Shown: positions 1-8,935 of the stretch, piece after piece | Layout: every line of letters begins with the position of its first letter | How positions within the stretch are numbered: the first letter of the stretch is position 1 | Origin: Candidatus Omnitrophota bacterium | GTDB taxonomy: Bacteria > Omnitrophota > Gorgyraeia > Aquiviventales > Aquiviventaceae | NCBI GenBank assembly: GCA_016180575.1 | Contig: JACPAY010000007.1 | Coordinates: 1,457 to 65,456 of the forward strand | DNA: 64,000 nt | Direction of reading: 5' to 3' | Program-made: the position numbers and the translations under genes | Notes under the pieces: model-generated | Database searches by the model: none | What the model saw: the letters and a program-made list of their open reading frames with translations, nothing else | What the model was told of the DNA's origin: nothing

Positions 1-204
1 GTGGCGCCGGACGCGAACAAGGTGGAGATCCGCGAGGCGGTGGAGGGGCTGTTCAAGGTCAAGGTGCTGAAGGTCAACACGATGGTCACCCACGGCAAAT
101 GGCGGCGGCTGCAGGCCCGGTGGGGCCGCCGGACGGACCGCAAGAAGGCCATCGTCACGCTGGCCAAGGGCCAGAAGATCGACGTCAAGACGGAGAAGGC
201 CTGA
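1..204 (+). CDS. rplW: 50S ribosomal protein L23 (5' end outside window)
   Basis: Track ORF 1..204; L23-like C-terminal sequence (…[14 protein letters not shown]); sits immediately before rplB in S10-operon order. Confidence 0.9.
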   Translation: MAPDANKVEIREAVEGLFKVKVLKVNTMVTHGKWRRLQARWGRRTDRKKAIVTLAKGQKIDVKTEKA

Positions 205-1049
205 TGGGGATCAAGACGCACAAGCCCTACACCCCGACGATGCGCTACCAGGTGACCGCGGATTTCGCCGAGGTCACCACCGCAACACCGCACAAGCCGC
301 TCCTCTCGCCCATGAAGAAGACGGGGGGGCGCAACGCCCACGGCCACATCACGAGCCGCTTCATGGGCGGCGGGCACAAGCAGATGTACCGCCACATCGA
401 CTTCTACCGCCGGGACAAGGCGGGCCTCTCCGCCACCGTGCGGTCGGTCGAGTACGACCCCAACCGCAGCGCGCGCATCTCGCTCGTCGAGTACCCGGAC
501 GGGGAGAAGCGCTACATCCTCTGGCCGGAGGGGCTCGCGGTCGGCGACACGGTGGTCGCCGGCGACGAGGCGGAGGTCAAGGTCGGCAACGCGATGCCGC
601 TGCGGCGCGTGCCGCCCGGCCAGATGATCCACAACCTCGAGATCCAGCAGCGCCACGGCGGACAGCTCGTCCGCTCGGCGGGGTCCTGGGCGATCATCCA
701 GGCCAAGGAGGGCGACGTCGCGCATGTGAAGTTCCCGTCCGGTGAGGTCCGGCTCGTGGGCCTCGACTGCTGGGCGACCATCGGGCAGGTGGGATTTTCG
801 GAGCACAAGTCGCTCATCCTCGGCAAGGCGGGCCGATCCCGCTGGCTGGGGCGCAAGCCGCACGTGCGGGGCGTCGCCATGAACCCGGTCAACCACCCGC
901 ACGGCGGAGGCGAGGGGAAGTCCGGCCAGGGCAATCCGCACCCGGTGTCCCCCTGGGGCTGGCACACGAAGGGGCGCAAGACGCGCAACCGGAACAAGTA
1001 TTCCGCCCGCCTCATCGTCAAGCGCAGGCCGTATGGAGTCCGCCACTAG
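204..1049 (+). CDS. rplB: 50S ribosomal protein L2
   Basis: In-frame ATG at 204 inside track ORF 99..1049, overlapping the rplW stop; [15 protein letters not shown]-terminus and HPHGGGEGK motif. Confidence 0.97.
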   Translation: MGIKTHKPYTPTMRYQVTADFAEVTTATPHKPLLSPMKKTGGRNAHGHITSRFMGGGHKQMYRHIDFYRRDKAGLSATVRSVEYDPNRSARISLVEYPDGEKRYILWPEGLAVGDTVVAGDEAEVKVGNAMPLRRVPPGQMIHNLEIQQRHGGQLVRSAGSWAIIQAKEGDVAHVKFPSGEVRLVGLDCWATIGQVGFSEHKSLILGKAGRSRWLGRKPHVRGVAMNPVNHPHGGGEGKSGQGNPHPVSPWGWHTKGRKTRNRNKYSARLIVKRRPYGVRH

Positions 1050-1064
1050 AGAGGACGGGAGCAG

Positions 1065-1415
1065 ATGGGACGTTCGGCCAAGAAGGGCGCATTCGTTGAT
1101 GAACCGCTGCTGCGCAAGGTGCAGACGGCCCAGCAGGCGAGAGACCGCAAGCCGATCAAGACGTGGTCGCGGCGCTCCACCGTGACGCCGGACTTCCTCG
1201 GGCTCAATTTCCTCGTGCACAACGGCAGGGCGTTCATGCCCGTCTTTGTCACCGAGAACATGGTCGGGCACAAGCTGGGGGAGTTCGCGCCCACGCGGGT
1301 GTTCCGCAAGCACGGCGGCGTGAGGAAAGAAACGGCCGGCCCGATGGGCGCGAAGCCAACCGCCGCCCCGGCCCCGGCGGCGCCCGCGGCCGAGCAGGGC
1401 AAGGAGAAGAAATAG
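1065..1415 (+). CDS. rpsS: 30S ribosomal protein S19 with A/P/K-rich C-terminal tail
   Basis: Track ORF; S19 core [46 protein letters not shown]; extra tail [26 protein letters not shown]. Confidence 0.96.
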   Translation: MGRSAKKGAFVDEPLLRKVQTAQQARDRKPIKTWSRRSTVTPDFLGLNFLVHNGRAFMPVFVTENMVGHKLGEFAPTRVFRKHGGVRKETAGPMGAKPTAAPAPAAPAAEQGKEKK

Positions 1416-1419
1416 GCCG

Positions 1420-1755
1420 ATGTTGTCGAAGGCGATCGCGCGCCACGTCCGCATGACCCCGAGGAAGGTGGGCTACGTCGCCACCCCGCTGCGCCGGCGC
1501 ACGGTCGCGGAGGCGCTGGCCCTCCTCTCGGCGACCAACCGGCGGGCAGCTCGTCCGGTGGCCAAGCTGATCGCCTCGGCGTTCGCCAACGCCCGCCAGC
1601 GCCACCCGGAACTGCGCGAGGAAGAGGTCGTCATCAGCCGGCTGGTGGCGGATGAGGGGCCGCGGTGGAAGCGGTTCCGCGCGGCGGCCTTCGGGCGCGC
1701 GGCGCGGATCCTGAAGCGCACCACCCACATCACCGTTGAATTGGAGAGGAAATGA
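1420..1755 (+). CDS. rplV: 50S ribosomal protein L22
   Basis: Track ORF; L22-like sequence (ARHVRMTPRKV…HITVELE) and operon position. Confidence 0.95.
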   Translation: MLSKAIARHVRMTPRKVGYVATPLRRRTVAEALALLSATNRRAARPVAKLIASAFANARQRHPELREEEVVISRLVADEGPRWKRFRAAAFGRAARILKRTTHITVELERK

Positions 1756-1773
1756 GCCACGAAAGGTGCGCCC

Positions 1774-2484
1774 ATGGGCCATAAGGTCAACCCGGAGTGC
1801 CTGCGGCTGCCGATCTCGCGCGATTGGCGCTCGCGCTGGTTCGCGCCGAACAAGAAGCTGTTCCTCCAGTACCTCCAGGAGGACCGGAAGGTCCGCGAGC
1901 TGCTGCAGCGGGAGCTGGCCTCGGCGGCGGTCGCGCGCGTGGTCATCGAGCGCTCGACGGACAAGGTGCGGATCGTCATCTCCACGGCGCGGCCCGGCAT
2001 CCTGATCGGCCGGCGGGGCGAGAACATCCAGCGGCTCCAGGACGCGGTCCAGAAGATCCTCGGGCCCCAGCAGCAGCTCAAGATGGACTACCTGGAGATC
2101 ACCAACCCGGCCATCGAGGCGCAGCTCATTGCGGATTCGCTCGCCTTCCAGCTCCAGAAACGGATTGCGTTCCGCCGGGCCATGAAACGGGCCCTCCAGC
2201 AGGCGATGGAGTCCAAAGACTGCAAGGGGATCAAGGTGGTCTGCGATGGTCGGCTCGCCGGTTCCGAGATGACCCGGCGCGAGGTCTATCGGACGGGGAA
2301 GGTGCCGCTGAGCACCCTGCGCTCCAACATCCAGTTCGGCTCGGCCACCGCGCACACGACGGCAGGCTGCATCGGGACGAAGGTCTGGGTCTGCCGCGGG
2401 GACCTCGTGTCGATGGAGCGCGAGAAGAAGCCGCCCCGCCCGCGCCTCGCCCGCCAGGCGCCGGCGGCCGCGGACTCGGCGTGA
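1774..2484 (+). CDS. rpsC: 30S ribosomal protein S3
   Basis: Track ORF; MGHKVNP start, KH-domain region and GRLAGSEMTRRE block typical of S3. Confidence 0.97.
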   Translation: MGHKVNPECLRLPISRDWRSRWFAPNKKLFLQYLQEDRKVRELLQRELASAAVARVVIERSTDKVRIVISTARPGILIGRRGENIQRLQDAVQKILGPQQQLKMDYLEITNPAIEAQLIADSLAFQLQKRIAFRRAMKRALQQAMESKDCKGIKVVCDGRLAGSEMTRREVYRTGKVPLSTLRSNIQFGSATAHTTAGCIGTKVWVCRGDLVSMEREKKPPRPRLARQAPAAADSA

Positions 2485-2496
2485 CGAGGCCAGCCG

Positions 2497-2919
2497 ATGG
2501 CGCTCCTGCTGCCCAAACGCGTGAAATATCGGAAGGCCTTCCGCGGCAAGCGCCGCGGGGCCGCGAAGGGGGGCGTGCGCCTCGCCTTCGGGGAGTTCGG
2601 GTTGAAGGCGCTGGGGAACGGGTGGGTGACCGCGGCCCAAATCGAGGCCTGCCGGGTCACCATCAGCCGGTCCCTGACCCGCGGCGGCAAGGTGTGGCTG
2701 CGCGTGTTCCCGGACAAGCCGGTCACCACCCACGGGCAGGAGAAGCCGATGGGCGCCGGGAAGGGGCTGGTGGACCACTGGGTGGCCGTCGTGAAGCGGG
2801 GGCGCATCCTCTTCGAGGTGAGCGGCATCCCCGAGCTGGTGGCGCGAGAGACGTTCCGCATGACCGCCTGCAAGCTGCCGCTCCCGAGCCGGATGGTCAC
2901 TCGGAAGGATGAGGGCTGA
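2497..2919 (+). CDS. rplP: 50S ribosomal protein L16
   Basis: Track ORF; [19 protein letters not shown]-terminus typical of L16. Confidence 0.97.
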   Translation: MALLLPKRVKYRKAFRGKRRGAAKGGVRLAFGEFGLKALGNGWVTAAQIEACRVTISRSLTRGGKVWLRVFPDKPVTTHGQEKPMGAGKGLVDHWVAVVKRGRILFEVSGIPELVARETFRMTACKLPLPSRMVTRKDEG

Positions 2920-2924
2920 GCGAG

Positions 2925-3131
2925 ATGGCAGGGAAGCAATCGACAGCGAAGGCGCTGCGGGAGCTGCCGCGCGCGGATCTCCTCGCGGAGCTCTCGCGGC
3001 TCCGGCAGGAGCTGTGGCAGCACCGGATCAAAATCAGGGAAGGCGCGCAGCAGCAAATGCATCAGATCCCCGTGCTCCGGCGGCAGATCGCCCGGATCCA
3101 CACCGTGCTCAAGGAGAGCCGCACGCCATGA
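2925..3131 (+). CDS. rpmC: 50S ribosomal protein L29
   Basis: Track ORF, 68 aa, helical L29-like sequence between rplP and rpsQ. Confidence 0.9.
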   Translation: MAGKQSTAKALRELPRADLLAELSRLRQELWQHRIKIREGAQQQMHQIPVLRRQIARIHTVLKESRTP

Positions 3132-3478
3132 CCCGAGCTCGTCGCAAGATCCGCATTGGCCTGGTGACGAGCAACAAGATGACCAAGACCATCGTGGTCC
3201 GGGTCGTCCGCCTGGTCCGGCACCCGCAGTATAACCGCGTCATCAAGCAGGTGAACTCCTTCAAGGCGCACGATGAGACGAACAGCGCCTCGATCGGCGA
3301 CTGGGTCAAAATCATGGAGACCCGTCCCATCTCCAAGGACAAGCGGTGGCGGCTGGTTGAGATCCTCAAGCGCGCCTCGACCGCGCCGCCGGTCCCCGGC
3401 GAGGAACCCGCCGAAGCGGCGCCGCCGGCGCCGAAGCAGGCGAAGCAGACGGCGGAACCGAGCCAGGTCGCGGGATGA
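3128..3478 (+). CDS. rpsQ: 30S ribosomal protein S17 with A/P-rich C-terminal tail
   Basis: In-frame ATG 3128 overlapping the rpmC stop (ATGA); S17 core [16 protein letters not shown]…HPQYNRVIK…KAHDE; tail [26 protein letters not shown]. Confidence 0.95.
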   Translation: MTRARRKIRIGLVTSNKMTKTIVVRVVRLVRHPQYNRVIKQVNSFKAHDETNSASIGDWVKIMETRPISKDKRWRLVEILKRASTAPPVPGEEPAEAAPPAPKQAKQTAEPSQVAG

Positions 3479-3843
3479 TCGGCCTACGGACGCAGCTTGA
3501 GGTCGCCGACAACACCGGGGCGAAGAAGGTGTGGGCCATCGGCGTCATCGGGCGGGCCAACAAGCGCATGGCCGACGTCGGCGACGTGCTCACCGGCCAC
3601 GTCCGCGAGGCGGACCCCGACGCGCTGGCGAAAAAAGGGGAGATCGTCCGCTGCGTGGTCGTGCGCACGAGCGCCCCGATCAGGCGGCAGGACGGCACGA
3701 CGCTGAAGTTCGACTCAAACGCGGTCGTGCTGATCGACACCCAGAACAACCCGAAGGGCACCCGGGTCTTCGGCCCCGTGGCCCGCGAGCTGCGCGAGAA
3801 GCGGTTCATGAAGATCATCTCGCTGGCGCCCGAGGTCGTGTAA
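3475..3843 (+). CDS. rplN: 50S ribosomal protein L14
   Basis: Track ORF; [18 protein letters not shown]… typical L14. Confidence 0.97.
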   Translation: MIGLRTQLEVADNTGAKKVWAIGVIGRANKRMADVGDVLTGHVREADPDALAKKGEIVRCVVVRTSAPIRRQDGTTLKFDSNAVVLIDTQNNPKGTRVFGPVARELREKRFMKIISLAPEVV

Positions 3844-3860
3844 TGGGGCAGGCGCGTCGC

Positions 3861-3917
3861 ATGAGACAGGGGACAAGGGACAGGGGACATGTCTCCCGTC
3901 TCCTGTCTCATGTCTCC
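3861..3917 (+). repeat. R1 palindromic element, intergenic copy (rplN-rplX spacer)
   Basis: ATGAGACAGGGGACAAGGGACAGGGGAC / ATGTCTCCCGTCTCCTGTCTCATGTCTCC; arms built from 7-nt units GGGGACA and TGTCTCC. Confidence 0.85.
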
Positions 3918-3927
3918 AGAGGGGCGG

Positions 3928-4239
3928 ATGGCTCGCATTAAGAAGGGAGATACGGTCACGGTCTTGAGCGGCAAGGACCGCGGCAAATCAGGCAAGGTGC
4001 TGCAGGTGTGGCCGGCGCGCGGCCGGGCCCTGGTGGAGCACGTCAACCTCGTGACCCACTTTGAGCGGCGCAGCCAGCAGCACCAAGCCGGCGGCGTGGT
4101 CCAGCGGGAGGGCGCCGTGGCGCTCTCGAAGCTCTCGCTGACCTGCCCGAAGTGCCGGCGGCCGTCCCGGCCGGGCTGGACGGCCTCGGTTCAGGGAGCG
4201 AAGCAGCGGGTGTGCCGCCGCTGCCAGGAACCGATCTGA
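3928..4239 (+). CDS. rplX: 50S ribosomal protein L24
   Basis: ATG 3928 gives MARIKKGDTVTVLSGKDRGKSGKV (KOW motif). The track ORF starts 39 nt earlier at an ATG inside repeat R1. C-terminal CPKC…CRRC. Confidence 0.93.
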   Translation: MARIKKGDTVTVLSGKDRGKSGKVLQVWPARGRALVEHVNLVTHFERRSQQHQAGGVVQREGAVALSKLSLTCPKCRRPSRPGWTASVQGAKQRVCRRCQEPI

Positions 4240-4835
4240 TGCCCGCGCCCGCGCCGACGACGAAAGCCCGGCCCGCCCCGCGCCTGCTGGAGCGCTACCG
4301 CAAGGAGCTGGCGCCGGCGCTGGCCAAGCAGTTCCATCACCGCAACCCCATGGCGGCGGCGCGCCTGGAGAAGATCGTGCTCAACATGGGCTGCGGCGAG
4401 GCCGCCCACGACGCGAAGATCCTCGAGGCGGCGCAGCGGGACCTGGGCCTGATCGCCGGCCAGCGGCCGGTGGTGACGCGGGCGAAGAAGGCGATCTCCA
4501 ACTTCAAGATCAAGGAACAGGATCCGGTCGGCTGCAAGGTGACGCTGCGCCGGGCGCGGATGTACGAGTTCCTGGATCGCCTCGTCCACATCGCGCTGCC
4601 GCGGATCCGGGACTTCCGGGGGCTGAACCCGAACAGCCTGGATCAAGGCGGCAGCTACAGCTTCGGGATCAAGGAGCACATGATTTTCCCCGAGATCCCG
4701 CCGGACCAGGTGCCGTACACGCTGGGGATGGACATTGTGTTGGTCACACGCGCCGCGACGCGCGAGGAGGCGTTCGCCCTGCTGAAGGGGTTCGGCCTGC
4801 CGTTCGCGGTGAAAGCCTCGAAGGAAGCGGAGTGA
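4239..4835 (+). CDS. rplE: 50S ribosomal protein L5
   Basis: In-frame ATG 4239 overlapping the rplX stop; L5 blocks [14 protein letters not shown] and [22 protein letters not shown]. Confidence 0.96.
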   Translation: MPAPAPTTKARPAPRLLERYRKELAPALAKQFHHRNPMAAARLEKIVLNMGCGEAAHDAKILEAAQRDLGLIAGQRPVVTRAKKAISNFKIKEQDPVGCKVTLRRARMYEFLDRLVHIALPRIRDFRGLNPNSLDQGGSYSFGIKEHMIFPEIPPDQVPYTLGMDIVLVTRAATREEAFALLKGFGLPFAVKASKEAE

Positions 4836-4836
4836 G

Positions 4837-5022
4837 ATGGCGAGAACCTCCTGGATTGAACGGGCCAAGCGGAAACCGAAGTTCAAGGTGCGGGCGGTGA
4901 ACCGGTGCCAGCGCTGCGCCCGCCGGCGCGGCTTCTACCGGCGGTTCGGCCTGTGCCGGATGTGCTTCCGCGAGATGGCCTGGCGCGGAGAGATCCCCGG
5001 CCTGACCAAGGCGAGCTGGTGA
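4837..5022 (+). CDS. rpsN: 30S ribosomal protein S14, zinc-binding short type
   Basis: Track ORF, 61 aa, CQRC…CRMC zinc ribbon, ends KASW. Confidence 0.96.
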   Translation: MARTSWIERAKRKPKFKVRAVNRCQRCARRRGFYRRFGLCRMCFREMAWRGEIPGLTKASW

Positions 5023-5023
5023 A

Positions 5024-5452
5024 ATGGCGATCAGCGACCCCATCGGAGACGGGCTGACGAAAATCCGGAATGCCTCGCGGGCCCACCACCCCGCCGTGGA
5101 CATCCGCTTCTCGCGCGTCTTCTTCGCGCACGTCCTGGACGTCCTCAAACAAGAGGGCTTCATCCGGACGTACAAGGTCCTGGGCGATCGGCCGAGCCAG
5201 CGCACGCTGCGCGTGTACCTGAAGTACGCCCCGGCCCCGTCGGAGGGCGGGCGGGCGCGGATCACGCCGGCGATCACGTCGCTCATCCGGGCCTCCAAGC
5301 CCGGGGTCCGGATGTATCGGAAGGCGCGCGCGCTGCCCCGGGTGCTGGGCGGCCTCGGCGCGGCCATCGTCACGACCTCGAAGGGCATCATGACGGAGCG
5401 CGACGCCTACCACCAGCGCATCGGCGGCGAGGTCATCTGCTATGTATGGTAG
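5024..5452 (+). CDS. rpsH: 30S ribosomal protein S8
   Basis: Track ORF; MAISDPIGDGLTKIRNA… typical S8. Confidence 0.96.
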   Translation: MAISDPIGDGLTKIRNASRAHHPAVDIRFSRVFFAHVLDVLKQEGFIRTYKVLGDRPSQRTLRVYLKYAPAPSEGGRARITPAITSLIRASKPGVRMYRKARALPRVLGGLGAAIVTTSKGIMTERDAYHQRIGGEVICYVW

Positions 5453-5459
5453 CCAGTCT

Positions 5460-5553
5460 TGTGTAATGCGTAACGCGGAATGCGTAATGGGAAGATGCCA
5501 GACAGAGATTTCGGCGTTTCCATTACGCATTACGCATTCCACATTACGCAAAC
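5460..5553 (+). repeat. R5 imperfect palindrome built from TAATGCG/CGCATTA units (rpsH-rplF spacer)
   Basis: TGTAATGCGTAACGCGGAATGCGTAATGGGAA … TTTCCATTACGCATTACGCATTCCACATTACGCA; loop of about 23 nt. Confidence 0.75.
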
Positions 5554-5572
5554 GATGGGTGGTTGACGCGTG

Positions 5573-6136
5573 ATGTCCCGCATCGGACGCGCCCCCATCC
5601 CGATGCCGACCGGCGTCAAGGTGACGCAGGAGGGTCCGCGGCTGCTCGTCGAGGGGCCGAAGGGGAAGCTGTCGCTCGCCATCCCCGCGGCGATCTCGGT
5701 CAGCGTGGACGGCCAGACGGTCCGGGTGCAGCGCGCCGGCGACGAGGCGCGCCAGCGGGCGCTGCACGGGCTGACCCGCGCCCTGGTCGCCAACATGGTC
5801 CACGGCGTCTCCGCCGGGTTTTCGAAAGAGCTGGAGATCGCGGGCGTCGGCTACCGGGCGCAGCTGCAGGGCAAACAGCTCTCGCTCCAGGTCGGGTTCT
5901 CGCATCCGGTCGTGGTCCCCATCCCCGAGGGGCTGACCGTGGAGGTGCCCAAGCCCACCTCGGTGGTGGTCAAGGGGTCCGACAAGCACCTCGTCGGGCA
6001 GTTCGCGGCCAACATCCGCCGCATCGCCCCGCCGGAGCCGTATAAGGGCAAGGGGATCAAGTACGCGGGAGAGATCATCCGCCGGAAAGCGGGGAAGGCC
6101 GCGACCGGCGCGGGCGCCAAGGCGCAAGCGGGATGA
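5573..6136 (+). CDS. rplF: 50S ribosomal protein L6
   Basis: Track ORF 5570..6136; ATG at 5573 gives [12 protein letters not shown]… typical L6. Confidence 0.95.
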   Translation: MSRIGRAPIPMPTGVKVTQEGPRLLVEGPKGKLSLAIPAAISVSVDGQTVRVQRAGDEARQRALHGLTRALVANMVHGVSAGFSKELEIAGVGYRAQLQGKQLSLQVGFSHPVVVPIPEGLTVEVPKPTSVVVKGSDKHLVGQFAANIRRIAPPEPYKGKGIKYAGEIIRRKAGKAATGAGAKAQAG

Positions 6137-6207
6137 TCCTTCGACTCGCTTCGCTCGCTCAGGATCATGGTGAGCAAGGCTCCGGCAGGAGCCGCGTCGA
6201 ACCATGA
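6132..6207 (+). repeat. R2 gene-junction element (rplF stop to rplR start)
   Basis: GATGATCCTTCGACTCGCTTCGCTCGCTCAGGATCATGGTGAGCAAG-GGCTCCGGCAGGAGCC-GCGTCGAACCATGA. Confidence 0.9.
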
Positions 6208-6569
6208 ACCCGGCCATCGATCGGGCGGTGGGGCGGCGGATCCGGCACCGACGACTCCGCAAGAAGGTCGCGGGGCTGCCGGACCGCCCCCGGCTGTGCG
6301 TCTTCCGCAGCCACAAGCACCTGTACGCCCAGCTCATCGATGATCTGGCCGGCAAGACGCTCCTGGGGTGGTCCACGAAGGACGAGCGGCTCAAGCGGCT
6401 GCGGAGCGGCGGCACGGTGGCGGCCGCCAAGGAGCTGGGCGCCCTCGTCGCCACCGACATCGCCCAGAAGGGCCTCAAACGAATCGTGTTCGATCGCGGA
6501 GGGTATCGCTACCACGGGCGGGTCCAGGCGCTCGCCGAGTCGCTCCGAGCGGGGGGCGTGGAGGTCTGA
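6204..6569 (+). CDS. rplR: 50S ribosomal protein L18
   Basis: Track ORF; [12 protein letters not shown]…[20 protein letters not shown]… typical L18; the start ATG lies inside repeat R2. Confidence 0.95.
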   Translation: MNPAIDRAVGRRIRHRRLRKKVAGLPDRPRLCVFRSHKHLYAQLIDDLAGKTLLGWSTKDERLKRLRSGGTVAAAKELGALVATDIAQKGLKRIVFDRGGYRYHGRVQALAESLRAGGVEV

Positions 6570-7108
6570 TGGCGCGAGAGGGACAGCGGTTTCGGCCGCG
6601 GGACCAGGCGGCCAGGGGCGACGGGCCGCAGCTGACCGAAAAGCTCATCGGCATCAACCGGGTCGCCAAGGTGCACAAGGGCGGCAAGCGCCTGGCGTTC
6701 AGCGCGCTCGCGGTGGTCGGCGACGGCAAGGGACGGGTGGGGATGGCCCTCGGCAAGTCGAACGAGGCGGCGGACGCCATCCGCAAAGGGTTCCAGCAGG
6801 CGCAGCGGGACATGGTCGCCATCATCCTGAAGGGCGCGACGATCCCCCATGAGGTGATCGGCAGCTTCGATGCGTGCCGCGTGCTGCTCAAACCGGCCAG
6901 CCCCGGCACCGGGATCATCGCCGGCGGGCCGGTCCGCGCCGTGTGCGAAGCGGCCGGGATCCGGGACATCCTGACCAAGCGCCTCGGCTCCAGCAACGCG
7001 ATCAACCTCGTCAAGGCCACCCTGATCGGGCTGCGGTCGCTCGAGAGCCCCGAGGCCATCCGCGACCGGCGCCGGCTGGTCGTGGATGTGCCCCCGGACG
7101 GGACCTGA
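6569..7108 (+). CDS. rpsE: 30S ribosomal protein S5
   Basis: In-frame ATG 6569 overlapping the rplR stop; [30 protein letters not shown] block typical of S5. Confidence 0.96.
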   Translation: MAREGQRFRPRDQAARGDGPQLTEKLIGINRVAKVHKGGKRLAFSALAVVGDGKGRVGMALGKSNEAADAIRKGFQQAQRDMVAIILKGATIPHEVIGSFDACRVLLKPASPGTGIIAGGPVRAVCEAAGIRDILTKRLGSSNAINLVKATLIGLRSLESPEAIRDRRRLVVDVPPDGT

Positions 7109-7575
7109 TGGACGTCTCCACGATCCCCGCCATGCCGGGCGCCCGCCACCGGCGCAAACGCGTGGGGCGGGGCATCGGATCGGGCCACGGGAAGACCTCG
7201 ACGCGCGGCCAGAAGGGTCAGCGGGCCCGGACCGGCGAGGGCAAGCGGCCCGGGTTCGAGGGGGGGCGCACCCCGCTCATCCGCCGCCTGCCCAAGCGGG
7301 GGATGCGCTACAAGGCGACGGGGCATACGTCCGCCGTTGAAATCGTCAACGTGAGCCAGCTCAACCGCTGCGAAGGGGGAGAGCGGGTCACCCCGGAGCG
7401 CCTGAAGGCGCTCGGCCTCATCAACGATCCGGCCCGGCGGGTCAAGCTGCTGGGCGACGGGACGCTGACCAAGCCGCTGACGATCGTCGTGCACGAGATC
7501 AGCGCCTCCGCGAAGGACAAGGTGCTCAAGGCGGGCGGCGCGGTCGAGCTCATTGACAAGCCACCCACGCGGTGA
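7108..7575 (+). CDS. rplO: 50S ribosomal protein L15
   Basis: In-frame ATG 7108 overlapping the rpsE stop; RKRVGRGIGSGHGKTSTRGQKGQ block typical of L15. Confidence 0.95.
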   Translation: MDVSTIPAMPGARHRRKRVGRGIGSGHGKTSTRGQKGQRARTGEGKRPGFEGGRTPLIRRLPKRGMRYKATGHTSAVEIVNVSQLNRCEGGERVTPERLKALGLINDPARRVKLLGDGTLTKPLTIVVHEISASAKDKVLKAGGAVELIDKPPTR

Positions 7576-8933
7576 TGTTCCGGCTCCTGAGCGCGCTCGT
7601 CAACGCCTGGAGCATCCCCGAGCTGCGGCGGAAGCTCTCCTTCACGCTGGGGATGCTGGCCATCTACGAGGTCGGCATCTTCATCCCGGTCCCCGGGATC
7701 AACGGGAAGGAGCTGGGGCGCATCTTCGACCAGCTGGCGGCGACGAGCGGCGGCGGGCTGCTCAACCTGCTGGACATGTTCACCGGCGGGGCGCTCTCCC
7801 GGGCGACCGTCTTCGCGCTGGGGATCATGCCGTACATCAGCGCGACGATCATCGTGGAGACGCTGCTGGCCACGGCGATCCCGGCGCTGGAGAAGCTGCG
7901 CAAGGAGGGCATGACCGGGTACCGCAAGCTCCACCAGTACTCGCGCTACGCGACGGTGCTGCTGGCGGTGGTCAACTCGTTCATGTACGCGATCCTGCTC
8001 GAGAAGGCGATCCCGGCGCAGTTTCACACCCAGATCGTGCTCTCGCCGGGCCTGGGCTTTCGCCTCCTGACCGTGCTCACGATGACCGGCGGGATGGCGC
8101 TCATCATGTGGCTCGCCGAGCAGATCACCGAGCGCGGGATCGGCAACGGGATGAGCCTCCTGATGACCGCCTCGATCGTCGGCCGGATCCCGCTGGCGGT
8201 CCGGGATATCGCGGTCCAGCTGGGGCCCGGGGGCATGAACCAGTCGCCGATCGCCCCGCTGGCGTTCGCCTTCATGGGGGCGTTCCTCGTCGTCATCGTC
8301 ATGGCGGTCATCTTCGTCGAGCAGGGCCAGCGGCGCATCCCGGTCCAGTATGCCCGGCGTGTGGTCGGCCGGAAGATCTACGGCGGGCAGAGCACCTACC
8401 TGCCGCTGCGGGTGAACAGCGGGGGGGTGCTGCCGATCATCTTCGCGGTGTCGCTGCTGTACTTCCCGATCCAGGTGGCCGGGTTCGTGCCGCAGCTCTC
8501 CGGGCTGATGGAGTGGTTCTCGCGGACGTCGCTCGCGTTCAACCTGCTGTATGCGGTGCTCATCGTCTTCTTCACGTACTTCAGCACCGCGCTGACGGCG
8601 CACCAGTTCCTGGACGCGGCCGACCAGATGAAGAAGGTGGGGGCGTTCATCCCCGGCATCCGGCCCGGGCAGCCGACCGTCGAGTACCTCGACCAGACGC
8701 TGACCCGGGTGACGTTCGTGGCGGCGATCTACCTCGTGGCGATCGCGATCCTGCCGGACGTCATCATGGCGTGGATGAAGATCCCGGCGCGCGTGGCGGG
8801 GTTCTTCGGCGGCACGAGCCTGTTGATCGTCGTCGGCGTCACCCTGGACACCATGAAGCAGATCGAGTCGCACCTGCTCATGCGCCACTATGAGGGGTTC
8901 TTCAAAACCGGCCGGATGAAGGGCCGGCGGTAG
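7575..8933 (+). CDS. secY: protein translocase subunit SecY
   Basis: Track ORF 7572..8933 (GTG 7572, ATG 7575); multi-pass membrane protein with IPELRRKLSFTLGMLAIYEVG… and spc-operon position. Confidence 0.96.
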   Translation: MFRLLSALVNAWSIPELRRKLSFTLGMLAIYEVGIFIPVPGINGKELGRIFDQLAATSGGGLLNLLDMFTGGALSRATVFALGIMPYISATIIVETLLATAIPALEKLRKEGMTGYRKLHQYSRYATVLLAVVNSFMYAILLEKAIPAQFHTQIVLSPGLGFRLLTVLTMTGGMALIMWLAEQITERGIGNGMSLLMTASIVGRIPLAVRDIAVQLGPGGMNQSPIAPLAFAFMGAFLVVIVMAVIFVEQGQRRIPVQYARRVVGRKIYGGQSTYLPLRVNSGGVLPIIFAVSLLYFPIQVAGFVPQLSGLMEWFSRTSLAFNLLYAVLIVFFTYFSTALTAHQFLDAADQMKKVGAFIPGIRPGQPTVEYLDQTLTRVTFVAAIYLVAIAILPDVIMAWMKIPARVAGFFGGTSLLIVVGVTLDTMKQIESHLLMRHYEGFFKTGRMKGRR

Positions 8934-8935
8934 CC

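Noticed and set aside
1249-2778. 509-aa minus-strand ORF, and similar long antisense or alternative-frame ORFs (for example 4883..6478, 7308..8888, 11599..13311, 17012..19477, 38685..40835 on the minus strand; 1797..2912, 7553..8893 on the + strand)
   Set aside because: They overlap well-supported conserved genes. Their translations are Arg/Pro/Gly/Ala-rich low-complexity sequence with no recognisable motifs. Long spurious ORFs are expected at this GC content because stop codons are AT-rich.
6132-6207. The minus strand of R2 contains GGTTCGA (T-loop-like), so a tRNA-like element or tRNA fragment was considered
   Set aside because: I could not draw an acceptor stem, an anticodon arm or a full cloverleaf. 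The motif is short enough to occur by chance.
7090-7125. Looked for rpmD (L30) between rpsE and rplO
   Set aside because: The rpsE stop and rplO start overlap (TGATG), leaving no room. L30 is simply absent from this operon, as in a number of bacterial lineages, so this is not reported as an anomaly.
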